DNA of 64,000 bases from a virus, in IMG/VR virus record IMGVR_UViG_3300037041_001083, positions 15,996 to 79,995 of that record; one strand, given 5' to 3'. How positions within the stretch are numbered: the stretch's first letter is position 1; each line of letters starts with the position of its first letter. The notes under the pieces were generated by a model that saw only the letters and a program-made list of their open reading frames with translations, did no database searches and was not told the origin of the DNA. This document shows, piece after piece, positions 19,281-28,236 of this stretch. A program made the translations under genes and the position numbers.

Positions 19281-20084
19281 TCAAATTAAAGCCCCAGTAC
19301 CAGTACCAGTTATTATAGGAGAAGCAGATGTTGTAACGCCATCTCCACCGGGATATGGAGGTGCTGGAGGAGTAATTGTTGCCAATCCACCCCCAGCAGT
19401 ACCCATGTCTGTAGTAGTAATTGCCGCTGTTTTAGCAAACGCAATTACCGCATCCGCTATTTTCCCAGCAGCAACATCCGCTGTATTTCCTGATGATAAG
19501 TCACTAAATATAGCCTCGATAGCCGAAGACAAATCACCTTCCACCAATCCGCTACCTGAATCACTTTCAATGCTACCAGTACCAGTACCCGACCACGAAC
19601 CAGTGCCTACCGTTCCTGTTACTGGAGGAACAAGAGGTGCAACTGGAGCACCCGGCAAAAACACACCCGTTACCTGCGTCATTACTTTGGCCTCACTGTA
19701 AAGAGTAACCAAATAATCAGCCCAGTCACCAGCCGCTATGTCGAATGAGTCAGCATAATTTTTAAATAAAGCCTTCATATCATCAACAAATGCACTTCGA
19801 GAAGAATCTAATCCTGCGCCCGAACTTGACTTGTCTAGGCCACCTGTTCCCGTTCCTGATATGGTTCCGGGAGTTGTAGTTAAAAAAACCGCAACTGTTT
19901 GTCCTGCCGCTGCTTCTCCTGTGTCCATTGTTTGAGGAACACCAGCTATGAGCAAGGTGTGAATTGCTGCTGCAACTTGTTGCGCTTTATCCGCTGCTGT
20001 TGGGTAAGGTTCTCCTGTTCCCAAATCACTAAATATTGAGTTTAATGTTGCTTTAAATGATATTTTTGCAACCGCTAATGGCAT
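19281..20084 (-). CDS. Baseplate/spike-associated protein with internal repeats
   Basis: Follows the spike gene; three helical segments each followed by GTGTG motifs. Confidence 0.5.
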   Translation of the reverse strand: MPLAVAKISFKATLNSIFSDLGTGEPYPTAADKAQQVAAAIHTLLIAGVPQTMDTGEAAAGQTVAVFLTTTPGTISGTGTGGLDKSSSGAGLDSSRSAFVDDMKALFKNYADSFDIAAGDWADYLVTLYSEAKVMTQVTGVFLPGAPVAPLVPPVTGTVGTGSWSGTGTGSIESDSGSGLVEGDLSSAIEAIFSDLSSGNTADVAAGKIADAVIAFAKTAAITTTDMGTAGGGLATITPPAPPYPGGDGVTTSASPIITGTGTGALI

Positions 20085-20087
20085 TTT

Positions 20088-21230
20088 TTATCCTGTCGTA
20101 ACTATTGTTGACAAATGAGTTCCGGGCGCAGCATCCATTGGCACAATCGGAGGGCCAGATGGCCCGACACCTGTGGGGTGCGTATGAGCATCGTAGAGAC
20201 TTTTAAACGCTGTTCCCTTTATCACGGCTTCTGTAGCTCCTTCGCTTAATTCAATCGCTGGTGCGTCGATAACCGCCTTTGTGTTTGCCTTCACTGTAGC
20301 ATTTTCACTCTCCACTTTAACATCACCAGTAACCGTGATGGTTGCATCCTTGGTTACATTGATGATTGCATTTTCAGTAACCGTGATAGTGAAGTCCTTT
20401 ATGGTGCTAATAGTTATTCCTGTTGGAGATAACTCGATAATATTTTCACCATCAGGATTTTGACTCGTTATTTTTGTTGAATGAGCTGTACCGTCAATTT
20501 CAACCATTTGCTTTTTCTGGTCGCTGGTATTGTCCGTTACTGTTGCAGTTATTTTTGGAGCATCCTTCGTGTTATCAATCACCAACTCAACACTTTGTTT
20601 TTGATCTTCTGATACGTCAAAGTCGTCCTTTTCAGCAAACAACTTGACTGTTATTTTTTTGTTGGCTTCGGTTTTTTCATAAGTCTTGGTGCTTTTAAAT
20701 TCTAAATTACCATCCTTATCAATGTACATTTCCATGCCATTCATGCGGATACGGTAGTGATCGCCTTTTTCCTCTCCATAGCGAGGATATGGAGCAATAT
20801 CACCATCAGCACGAGTATGATAACTAGGCAATGTCTTTATTATCATTGGAAATTGAACGTTGGCATTTATGAATACAATCAAAACTGCATCGCCATCATC
20901 CTTAGTAGTATCCAATATCAAATCATTTGCGGCTTCTGGCTCCTCACCCTTTTTATGTACTCGCTGTTTAAGCCCCTTTGGTCGATAATCAATAAAATTA
21001 TCAACACTAGATTTCTCTTGTGCAAAAGGAACTTGAAATAAATCAATTCCAAATGCAGGAATATTAACATCACAAAATACGGATATACCTGTACTATCTT
21101 TAGAATCTAAATGATAAACTTTCCTTATTATTCCTACTACTGGATAAGGTATGTAATGAGGATCAAAGCCTCTCTGCTTAAATTTAAGCCCACCTTGAAC
21201 AACAGTTCCATCACTTAATGTTTTACTCAT
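20088..21230 (-). CDS. Central baseplate spike (gpV/gp5-like)
   Basis: OB-fold-like N-terminus (DGDAVLIVFINAN..FPMII), beta-helix repeats (TITVT..A.I.V) and an HTH metal-binding apex (AHTHPTGVGPSGPP). Confidence 0.8.
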   Translation of the reverse strand: MSKTLSDGTVVQGGLKFKQRGFDPHYIPYPVVGIIRKVYHLDSKDSTGISVFCDVNIPAFGIDLFQVPFAQEKSSVDNFIDYRPKGLKQRVHKKGEEPEAANDLILDTTKDDGDAVLIVFINANVQFPMIIKTLPSYHTRADGDIAPYPRYGEEKGDHYRIRMNGMEMYIDKDGNLEFKSTKTYEKTEANKKITVKLFAEKDDFDVSEDQKQSVELVIDNTKDAPKITATVTDNTSDQKKQMVEIDGTAHSTKITSQNPDGENIIELSPTGITISTIKDFTITVTENAIINVTKDATITVTGDVKVESENATVKANTKAVIDAPAIELSEGATEAVIKGTAFKSLYDAHTHPTGVGPSGPPIVPMDAAPGTHLSTIVTTG

Positions 21231-23146
21231 GCGTTCATAATCCCATTATTATTGTTTGAAGAACCAAGATCACTTGTTTCAAATTCATTTTGTGTTTCAA
21301 GGTTATATCTAATGCCTCTTATCACAGTTAATGTAGTAGTTATTTGTGCTCCATAGGTATATTCATCAACAAGGGCTTGTACATAAAACAATTCAATCTT
21401 GGGATACCTATTTACGTCGTCAATACGAGTTTTAATATATCGACATGGTACGCCAATACGGGCTTCTGGTAAGAATCTACATGTTATTGATCCATTGAGG
21501 AAATAAGGATTTAAGTAATACCAATTTGCTATTGTTTTACTAAATGAAGCCAATAAACTTTGAAAAGTAGATTCTTCTTCATCTGATTTTTGTCCTGATT
21601 GAACATAAAACGATTGTAGTTCCATCATCCTAAAACCATATTTTTTAATACTTACTGGATCTATTATTATGCCTCCAGCATCAGCACTTAATATCCTTAC
21701 AGTCATTTGTGATATTTGTTCCGATTGCATTGGCAATACGCAAAATCCATTATGTCTATCATGTCCTGACCTACCTACGCTATAGTTTAATACTGTAGGA
21801 GTATATGAAGTAGCTTTCCCAATTATTTGTTCCAATTTGTCATTTAATATTGCTGGTGAATTAACCCTATCGGTAGCTCCCATGATAGTGAATGCAGAAG
21901 GCATTAATTCCAATAAACTTAATGAAACTCCAGTTTGTTCCTCTTTAAACGAATCATTTAATGTTTCAGTAGGTGATATTAAATAATCAGCTACATTTTG
22001 TGTCATTCCTTTTGCTATATTGTACGGTCTTTGCCTAAATACTACTGTAGGTATATTCCTTGCTATTTCACTACGACCATTTGTATAAGAAAGAGCTTCA
22101 TCATTAGCCACACCATTTGGACACATATCAAACCAAAATTCATTCATAAACTCATTGGTTAATCCTTTGAGTAATTCAAAGAATCCTGTTGTTGATGATT
22201 GAGCTGTCATAAATGAACGATTAAAGTTTTTTCCTGCTGTTGGCTTAATGCTTTTCAGACTTAAATAAGCAAAAATAGATTTAGAACCAGAATTTTTTGC
22301 ACTTTTAAGCAATGTTTTTATATTGTCCATAAAATTGGTATTTTGTTTTCGTGTAGATTCAGGAGCTTCTTCTATTCTTTTTAAAAACGCATCTATAGTT
22401 TTTTCAGCTATTTCCAAATTTTCCTTAACAACTTCATTATCTAAATCTCTTGCTAATGATGTTGGTATTTGCCATTGAGGAAAGGGAACGGCGGTAAGGA
22501 TTGTTGTTAATAGTTCTCTTATTATTTCATCAGGTGATGCTATATAAGGAATGGTAGTACCATAAAACACATTTACAGCATTCAATCCTGCGATGTTTTC
22601 ATTATAGTAAAGTGTTATGTCTTGAATAATAGAACCAAACGAACGACCTGATACTTGGAACATCACTCGCGGCCCTGATTCTGTTTGATGTTCAACCCGT
22701 TCAACCCGATCAATTTTACCGAAAAACCTTTCGTACATTAACAAAAACGAAGCCTTTTTAATCCTTTTTTGTGTGCCATTTCCATAAACTGGTATAGGCA
22801 ATACTGAACTATCACCAAGATATGCAAAATTACTATTTATATCAATCCCAATAAATCCCGATGCAATATTGAAATGTGAATCATTTATATCATGGCTGCT
22901 AATCTTGTCTCCCATGAATATTCTTATAAAACTATCAGGATTAATTAATTCATCCCAAGGGCGTGTTGGCAATAAAGTCATACTGAACGATCCATTGATG
23001 TCTTCAACACTTCGCTCACACCTACAAGCCTGTATTTCGTGATACAGGAGGTAATCACCACCAGCTTCATCATCTGCTTTATATATTTTCGCTGCACAAC
23101 CTGAGTTTTGGTCATAAGCATATGCATCACGCTTTACATCACTCAT
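21227..23146 (-). CDS. Baseplate hub protein
   Basis: Lies between tape measure and spike; GSFSMTL, VSGRSFG, SIKKYGFR, PEARIG, FYVQAL...TTLTVIRG motifs. Likely ATG at 23146. Confidence 0.7.
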   Translation of the reverse strand: MSDVKRDAYAYDQNSGCAAKIYKADDEAGGDYLLYHEIQACRCERSVEDINGSFSMTLLPTRPWDELINPDSFIRIFMGDKISSHDINDSHFNIASGFIGIDINSNFAYLGDSSVLPIPVYGNGTQKRIKKASFLLMYERFFGKIDRVERVEHQTESGPRVMFQVSGRSFGSIIQDITLYYNENIAGLNAVNVFYGTTIPYIASPDEIIRELLTTILTAVPFPQWQIPTSLARDLDNEVVKENLEIAEKTIDAFLKRIEEAPESTRKQNTNFMDNIKTLLKSAKNSGSKSIFAYLSLKSIKPTAGKNFNRSFMTAQSSTTGFFELLKGLTNEFMNEFWFDMCPNGVANDEALSYTNGRSEIARNIPTVVFRQRPYNIAKGMTQNVADYLISPTETLNDSFKEEQTGVSLSLLELMPSAFTIMGATDRVNSPAILNDKLEQIIGKATSYTPTVLNYSVGRSGHDRHNGFCVLPMQSEQISQMTVRILSADAGGIIIDPVSIKKYGFRMMELQSFYVQSGQKSDEEESTFQSLLASFSKTIANWYYLNPYFLNGSITCRFLPEARIGVPCRYIKTRIDDVNRYPKIELFYVQALVDEYTYGAQITTTLTVIRGIRYNLETQNEFETSDLGSSNNNNGIMNA

Positions 23147-23150
23147 TATC

Positions 23151-26100
23151 TTATGCTCCCATTCTACCGTTAGGCTGTGTAATCCTGTTCCTAAGCACAC
23201 TCGTTAATTGTTCAAGTGCTGCTGTGTTTTTCTTCGATAAAGTTGCGTGTTCCTGTGAACCACTATCCTGTGTTTTTTGCACTTGCGGTTTCGCTGCTTC
23301 TGGTGCAGGTGCAGCCGTTGTAACTGGTGCTGGCATAGGCGTTGCTGGAGTTAAATCAAACTTGTTCATTGGAGGCTGTACAAGCGACTGCATAGATTTG
23401 GTTTTTGGAACAAGAGGATTCGACATATCAAATTTTTTATTTAATATTTTTGCTGCTGGCTTAGGAGGAGTAATTGCTGCCTCAGATGCCGCTTTAATTG
23501 GTGCTGGTGCTGGAGTTGTTACCTTCTTAGTTGTTGATTTTGGTGCTGGCATAGGTTGAACTAAAGGAATATTGCCCCTTGTTACGCCCGCTACTTGTTC
23601 TTCGGTTATTGGCTTGCCACCTACCATCGGAGTAGTGGTTTCCATTTTATCCTTAAAATACCCAACTACTTCGTTTTCTAGTGCAGCAATCGAATCAATA
23701 GGTGACATCAATCCTTCGCCTATTTGTCCAAGTAATCCTTTTTCCTGTAGTCCTTTAACTTTGTTTTTTAAATATTTTTCCTGTGCTTCTGGAGTCATTT
23801 TAGCAAGCATGACTATATCAACACCAGCCATCATCGCATCAATAGGTGCAAAATATTTCCCTGCCGCTTTACTAAATCCTTTTGCTGCTGGCAATACTTT
23901 ACCAAGTGCAGAACCTGTTTTTGCAAGCCAAGTTCCAAATTTTGATGCTCCCTCTACTGTTTTTGTCGCTGCTGTTACGACCTTCAATGCTTTAGGTGCA
24001 GTTTTCGCAGTTACGTTAGCAATCTCTGCTGCTTTACCTGTTGCTGACACTACTTTTGATGTTGCTTCGCTACCTTTTGCTACCGCTGTAATTCCTGCTT
24101 TAGCCACACCCGTAACCCCAAGAGCAACCGCAATAGGTTTTAAAGCATCGACTACATCTTTAAATCCTCCTTGGTTATTTGTGTCGCTTAATCCCACAGC
24201 ACCAGCGAGCGTTACAAGTCCATCAACCGCTTTTTGTGTAATCTCATTCTGTAATTTCTGGATACCCATTATTGCTGGTAAGGTTTCATCAACTCCCTTA
24301 GTTAATATTCGTTGTTCTTCCTTAGATATATCCAGCATTTGTAGCATTGGATCTTTTGTCGTTTCTTCCAATGCTTTCAAATCTTTTTCAGCAGCAGGAG
24401 TCATGCCTTCCTTGTCGATTTTTGCAACCAATGCTTGTGTTTGTTTTATTTGCTCTTGAGTAAGTCCTGTTAAATCACCTAATGCCAACTCAGCACTCGC
24501 ACCCTTACCGAACTCCTTACCAGCTTGATCGAATATTGATTTTAAGTTTTCAACAGTATCTTTGGAACTTCCTCCGAATATTCCCTTTTCCATTCGCATA
24601 CGGGTTTTTTGATATTCTTCAGCCAAACCACCTTCACGGCCACCTTGCTTTTGCGAACCAAATCCCATTGCTCGCATCATAAAGCCAGTGCCAATTCCAC
24701 CAGTTCCTTTAGCAGAACCTTTTACAAATTGGTCAATTCCTCGAAGGCCAGCCATAATCGGCCCAGCCATAAAGGACTCTTTAGTTCCACCAGTTTTTGA
24801 TATGAACGCACCTAATGATTTGGCAATTTCACCTGCGTTATTTGAACCCGTAAGCTTGTTATTCTCAGCTTGAAGTCCTATTACTTCCTGCGTAAACTCG
24901 GTTATTTTTGCCTTGTCGATACCAGCCTTGATCCCCTCAGCCATGATTTTCTTGAGCTGGCTTATTGATTCCGTTCCTACCGCACCACCAGCTCGCCCAA
25001 GCTGACCTGCTTGCTGGAATAATTCGCCACGTTCCATGCCTGTCGATCTAGCCACTCTTGATATTTGCGTGAGTCCACTGACCGCTGCTTTACCCCCGAT
25101 TGCCCTTGCACCAGCCTGAACGTCAGCGAGGTTTTCTTGAGGAGCATAACCTAATCCGGGAGCACCATATTGCGCCTGTTTTGCCTGTGCTGTGCCGCCA
25201 AGGATCGCACTTGCCCTCACTCGTTGCTCTGCTATTGCTGGAGCCATTTGCTTCATGCGGTAGCCTTGCAATGCGGTGTAACCAGCAGCAGCAATACCAC
25301 CACCAATCAAACCACCCTTAACCATCCCAAGACCTTTTGTTGCCAGTCCTGCAATGCCACTTAAACCTGACTCCTCAGCACCTTCTCTAGCAGCTTCATA
25401 GCCACGGGAACTATATTTTGCAATGGTTGCAGCGGTGGATACTCCGGGCAAATTCATATCAGAGGCGGCTTCTAATAATGCATATCTACCTTTACTAAAT
25501 GCTCGACGACCACCACGACTACTGCGACCACCACGACTACTGCGACCACTACCACCTTGTTCCTCTTCATGGTCTATGAATCTGGCACGACCTTTTTTGA
25601 TAAGTTTTTCGGATTCCTGTACTAATTTTTCCTGATTTACTACAGATGTCTCTGTGAGTTTTTTTTCCTCATGCAAACTTTTTAAATATACACGTTCGTT
25701 TTTTTCCAAGTCCTGATGTTGTTTTATTTTTAATTTTCCATACCGTATATCTTGGTCAAATGTTTGTGAATATGCCTTGTGAAATTCTAATTCTTTTTTT
25801 TGTAATTCATGTTTTTGCTTAAATACCTTGTACTCTTTTTCAGCTCGTTCAAGCCCTGTTTGTTTTTCCTGCAATGTTTGAAATGCTGGAGCAACCTTGG
25901 CCTCTTGTGTTTGATATGCGGCTTCCACTGTTGGCATTGCTTCCTTGCCAACCTTGCGGAGCTTGGTAATATTCTTTTCATCTGTGCCTGTTATTTCACG
26001 AATAGTAGCAGCTTTTTCCTTAGTTATTTTTCCCGTAGTTGCTGCTTTTAAGTCAATAGCTTTGCCCTGCGCCTTGTTTGCTTCCTCTTGTGCTTGTAGT

Positions 26101-26621
26101 GCTTGTTTTAATGCTTGCTGCTCCTCCTGACGAGCAACATTGTATTGCTTACCAGCACCAACTCGCATTTCCTGTGATTGCTTTGCTTCTGCTTCTGGTT
26201 TTTCGAGATATGCTTTTTTTTGTTGTTCAAAATGAGTAATTTTTCCTAAAGTTTTCGTTATTTCCTCACCATAATTTTTCATCTCACCTTTAGAATCTTT
26301 TATCATTCTATCCAATGCGCCTACATGCTCTTTAGCACCCTTTAGCATATCCTCTAATGCGGTAGTAACCACCGATAAGCTGCTGGATTGAGGATTAAAA
26401 CGACCCTGAAATAACTTTTGGTACTCTCCTGCTGCTTTTTCAGTTTTATCCTTAAACTTATCCATTTCCATCACTTCATCGACAGTCAAATCTCTACTCT
26501 TGGAAATGAGTTCATTTATTTTGTCAAACTCGGAAGTGACAGCTTTAAGCTCCTCAGCCATGCGATTTATTTGGACTGTCTGCTGCGTCATTTGTAATTG
26601 ATTTTCAAGTAAGTCAGCCAT
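23151..26621 (-). CDS. Tape measure protein
   Basis: 1156 aa, helical and A/G/K-rich, downstream of the tube and chaperones. Confidence 0.8.
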   Translation of the reverse strand: MADLLENQLQMTQQTVQINRMAEELKAVTSEFDKINELISKSRDLTVDEVMEMDKFKDKTEKAAGEYQKLFQGRFNPQSSSLSVVTTALEDMLKGAKEHVGALDRMIKDSKGEMKNYGEEITKTLGKITHFEQQKKAYLEKPEAEAKQSQEMRVGAGKQYNVARQEEQQALKQALQAQEEANKAQGKAIDLKAATTGKITKEKAATIREITGTDEKNITKLRKVGKEAMPTVEAAYQTQEAKVAPAFQTLQEKQTGLERAEKEYKVFKQKHELQKKELEFHKAYSQTFDQDIRYGKLKIKQHQDLEKNERVYLKSLHEEKKLTETSVVNQEKLVQESEKLIKKGRARFIDHEEEQGGSGRSSRGGRSSRGGRRAFSKGRYALLEAASDMNLPGVSTAATIAKYSSRGYEAAREGAEESGLSGIAGLATKGLGMVKGGLIGGGIAAAGYTALQGYRMKQMAPAIAEQRVRASAILGGTAQAKQAQYGAPGLGYAPQENLADVQAGARAIGGKAAVSGLTQISRVARSTGMERGELFQQAGQLGRAGGAVGTESISQLKKIMAEGIKAGIDKAKITEFTQEVIGLQAENNKLTGSNNAGEIAKSLGAFISKTGGTKESFMAGPIMAGLRGIDQFVKGSAKGTGGIGTGFMMRAMGFGSQKQGGREGGLAEEYQKTRMRMEKGIFGGSSKDTVENLKSIFDQAGKEFGKGASAELALGDLTGLTQEQIKQTQALVAKIDKEGMTPAAEKDLKALEETTKDPMLQMLDISKEEQRILTKGVDETLPAIMGIQKLQNEITQKAVDGLVTLAGAVGLSDTNNQGGFKDVVDALKPIAVALGVTGVAKAGITAVAKGSEATSKVVSATGKAAEIANVTAKTAPKALKVVTAATKTVEGASKFGTWLAKTGSALGKVLPAAKGFSKAAGKYFAPIDAMMAGVDIVMLAKMTPEAQEKYLKNKVKGLQEKGLLGQIGEGLMSPIDSIAALENEVVGYFKDKMETTTPMVGGKPITEEQVAGVTRGNIPLVQPMPAPKSTTKKVTTPAPAPIKAASEAAITPPKPAAKILNKKFDMSNPLVPKTKSMQSLVQPPMNKFDLTPATPMPAPVTTAAPAPEAAKPQVQKTQDSGSQEHATLSKKNTAALEQLTSVLRNRITQPNGRMGA
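25504..25545. repeat. 18-bp tandem repeat inside the tape measure gene
   Basis: CGACCACCACGACTACTG x2 plus a partial copy; encodes GRSSRGGRSSRGGRR. Confidence 0.8.
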
Positions 26622-27240
26622 TTGCTACTCCCAGTTTTTTCGCAAGCCCTTTGAGGATAGGATCGTCTTCCAATCCCTGTTTAAGCCAATCGTCGGAACT
26701 AAAATCAGCTATTTCAACCTTGTTCCCTGCTTCACTCATTTTCTCGCCCTTGTCGCTCCAAGTCACTACCTTTGGCGCAGTCATATCAGGAATCACTACA
26801 CCGCCGTTAGGATCGCTCCACAAGTCTGATCTGAATATGCTTACACCCTCGCCTATGTGTGCAAAGGCCGCATTCAAATCAGGGTCTTCTCCTCGTGCAA
26901 ACGCTTCCTCCAGCTTATCAATAATTTCATCACCTGTTTTATAATACTTGTATCCGGTAACATTATTAACGCACTTATTAATGCCTCTTGATTCCATACT
27001 ATCGGGATTTTCAAATAAATGCTGCTCCCATGTTTCAAGCAACATCTCCTCTGGGGTGTAATCCTTCCAGCTTTCATATGCTGGTTTATTGAAACGATTT
27101 TGCCACGATATACGCAACCGTTCCCAGTTGTTTTCAAGGTTTTCTCGTGCTTTTTGTTTAATGGAATTAGCCCAGTAATCGGGGTTGGTGATTACTGGTT
27201 CATCATCTTTTTTTTTGATGTCGAAACAGGAATTACCCTG
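26614..27240 (-). CDS. Second tail assembly chaperone (lambda gpT position); start unresolved
   Basis: The frame is open from 27240 but has no ATG/GTG/TTG until 27117; see the frameshift finding. Confidence 0.6.
   Translation of the reverse strand, partial: QGNSCFDIKKKDDEPVITNPDYWANSIKQKARENLENNWERLRISWQNRFNKPAYESWKDYTPEEMLLETWEQHLFENPDSMESRGINKCVNNVTGYKYYKTGDEIIDKLEEAFARGEDPDLNAAFAHIGEGVSIFRSDLWSDPNGGVVIPDMTAPKVVTWSDKGEKMSEAGNKVEIADFSSDDWLKQGLEDDPILKGLAKKLGVANG
27172..27216 (-). promoter_or_regulatory. Candidate -1 programmed frameshift signal
   Basis: A AAA AAG (27213-27207), an 8-nt spacer, then a perfect 9-bp stem CCAGTAATC/GATTACTGG (27198-27172). Confidence 0.6.
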
Positions 27241-27627
27241 TTATTCTGCTTGACTGGTAGTTTCATCGCTTACGTCCTCGACATAAAAGCTGTTGTTATA
27301 TCCAACAATTTTGTCATACAAGGCACGAAGCATGGTTACGTCATTAAGAAACTCATTGTCGAGCCAATTATCATCCTTCACTTCCTGCTTTGACCATATA
27401 GGCTCACAAAGGACGCTGATATAAGCAACCATCTCTAAGTGAAAAGCATCAGTGTTTTTCACAGGAATTTCACCGCCCATTAAGCTGGATTTTACCCTGC
27501 TTATCTCGGTTTGAAGTCCCGGTGTAACACGATGGATTTTAAACACTCGGCGATAATTGCCTATGTCACGAATTTTTGATTTGAACTCAAAAGGAATTTC
27601 TTTAAATCGTTCTATTACTACTGGCAT
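27241..27627 (-). CDS. Tail assembly chaperone (gpG position)
   Basis: 128 aa between tube and tape measure; SD GGAG. Confidence 0.7.
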   Translation of the reverse strand: MPVVIERFKEIPFEFKSKIRDIGNYRRVFKIHRVTPGLQTEISRVKSSLMGGEIPVKNTDAFHLEMVAYISVLCEPIWSKQEVKDDNWLDNEFLNDVTMLRALYDKIVGYNNSFYVEDVSDETTSQAE

Positions 27628-27658
27628 GTTTTACTCTCCAACTAACAATTAATTAATA

Positions 27659-28201
27659 CTACGCCAATTCACTATTGGTTGAGTATATTTCGCTGGTGTT
27701 TTCACCTTGGTCAATCATCAAACGAGCAACAAAGTTGCAGTTCTCAGCTACGGGAGCACGACCGGAAATATCCCACGATTTGGTAGTACATTTTACGCCC
27801 TTAACCGTGTACACATTTGCTGCTGTAACTTGGTCATAGATGTAAGCAGTCATACCACCGCTTTTCAAAATTCCCATTCCATCAGTACCAAACGCTGGCA
27901 TGATTTGTGGAGAAGTAGCGGTAACAGATCCAGCTTCACCACCTGCATCGGGCAATGGCATTGCTGTCTGAGAAGCCATTCTCGTGAACGCAGCCAGCCG
28001 TGACAACTGTGCGGTCATTTCCACAGTGTAACCAATGGGAACATGCTCAAGCACCGCTAAACTACCGCATCCTTCTATTGGAGCGTAGTTAATGGCTGTG
28101 CTACCAGTTACGGCGAGCATATAGCCAACGGTTTGTGCGCCTATTTTTAATACGGCTCTTGCGCCTGAAAAAACTTTACTTGCATTTGCGGATTCAGCCA
28201 T
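27659..28201 (-). CDS. Tail tube protein
   Basis: VFSGARAVLKIG..VG...EHVPIGY...ENCNFVA; directly after the sheath gene. Confidence 0.8.
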   Translation of the reverse strand: MAESANASKVFSGARAVLKIGAQTVGYMLAVTGSTAINYAPIEGCGSLAVLEHVPIGYTVEMTAQLSRLAAFTRMASQTAMPLPDAGGEAGSVTATSPQIMPAFGTDGMGILKSGGMTAYIYDQVTAANVYTVKGVKCTTKSWDISGRAPVAENCNFVARLMIDQGENTSEIYSTNSELA

Positions 28202-28236
28202 GATTCACCTCCTAGTGAATTAAAATCAAGTTACTC

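Noticed and set aside
23122-24459. Long + strand ORFs (145 and 295 aa) opposite the tape measure gene
   Set aside because: Antisense shadows of Ala/Gly/Lys-rich coding sequence, with no motifs or RBS.
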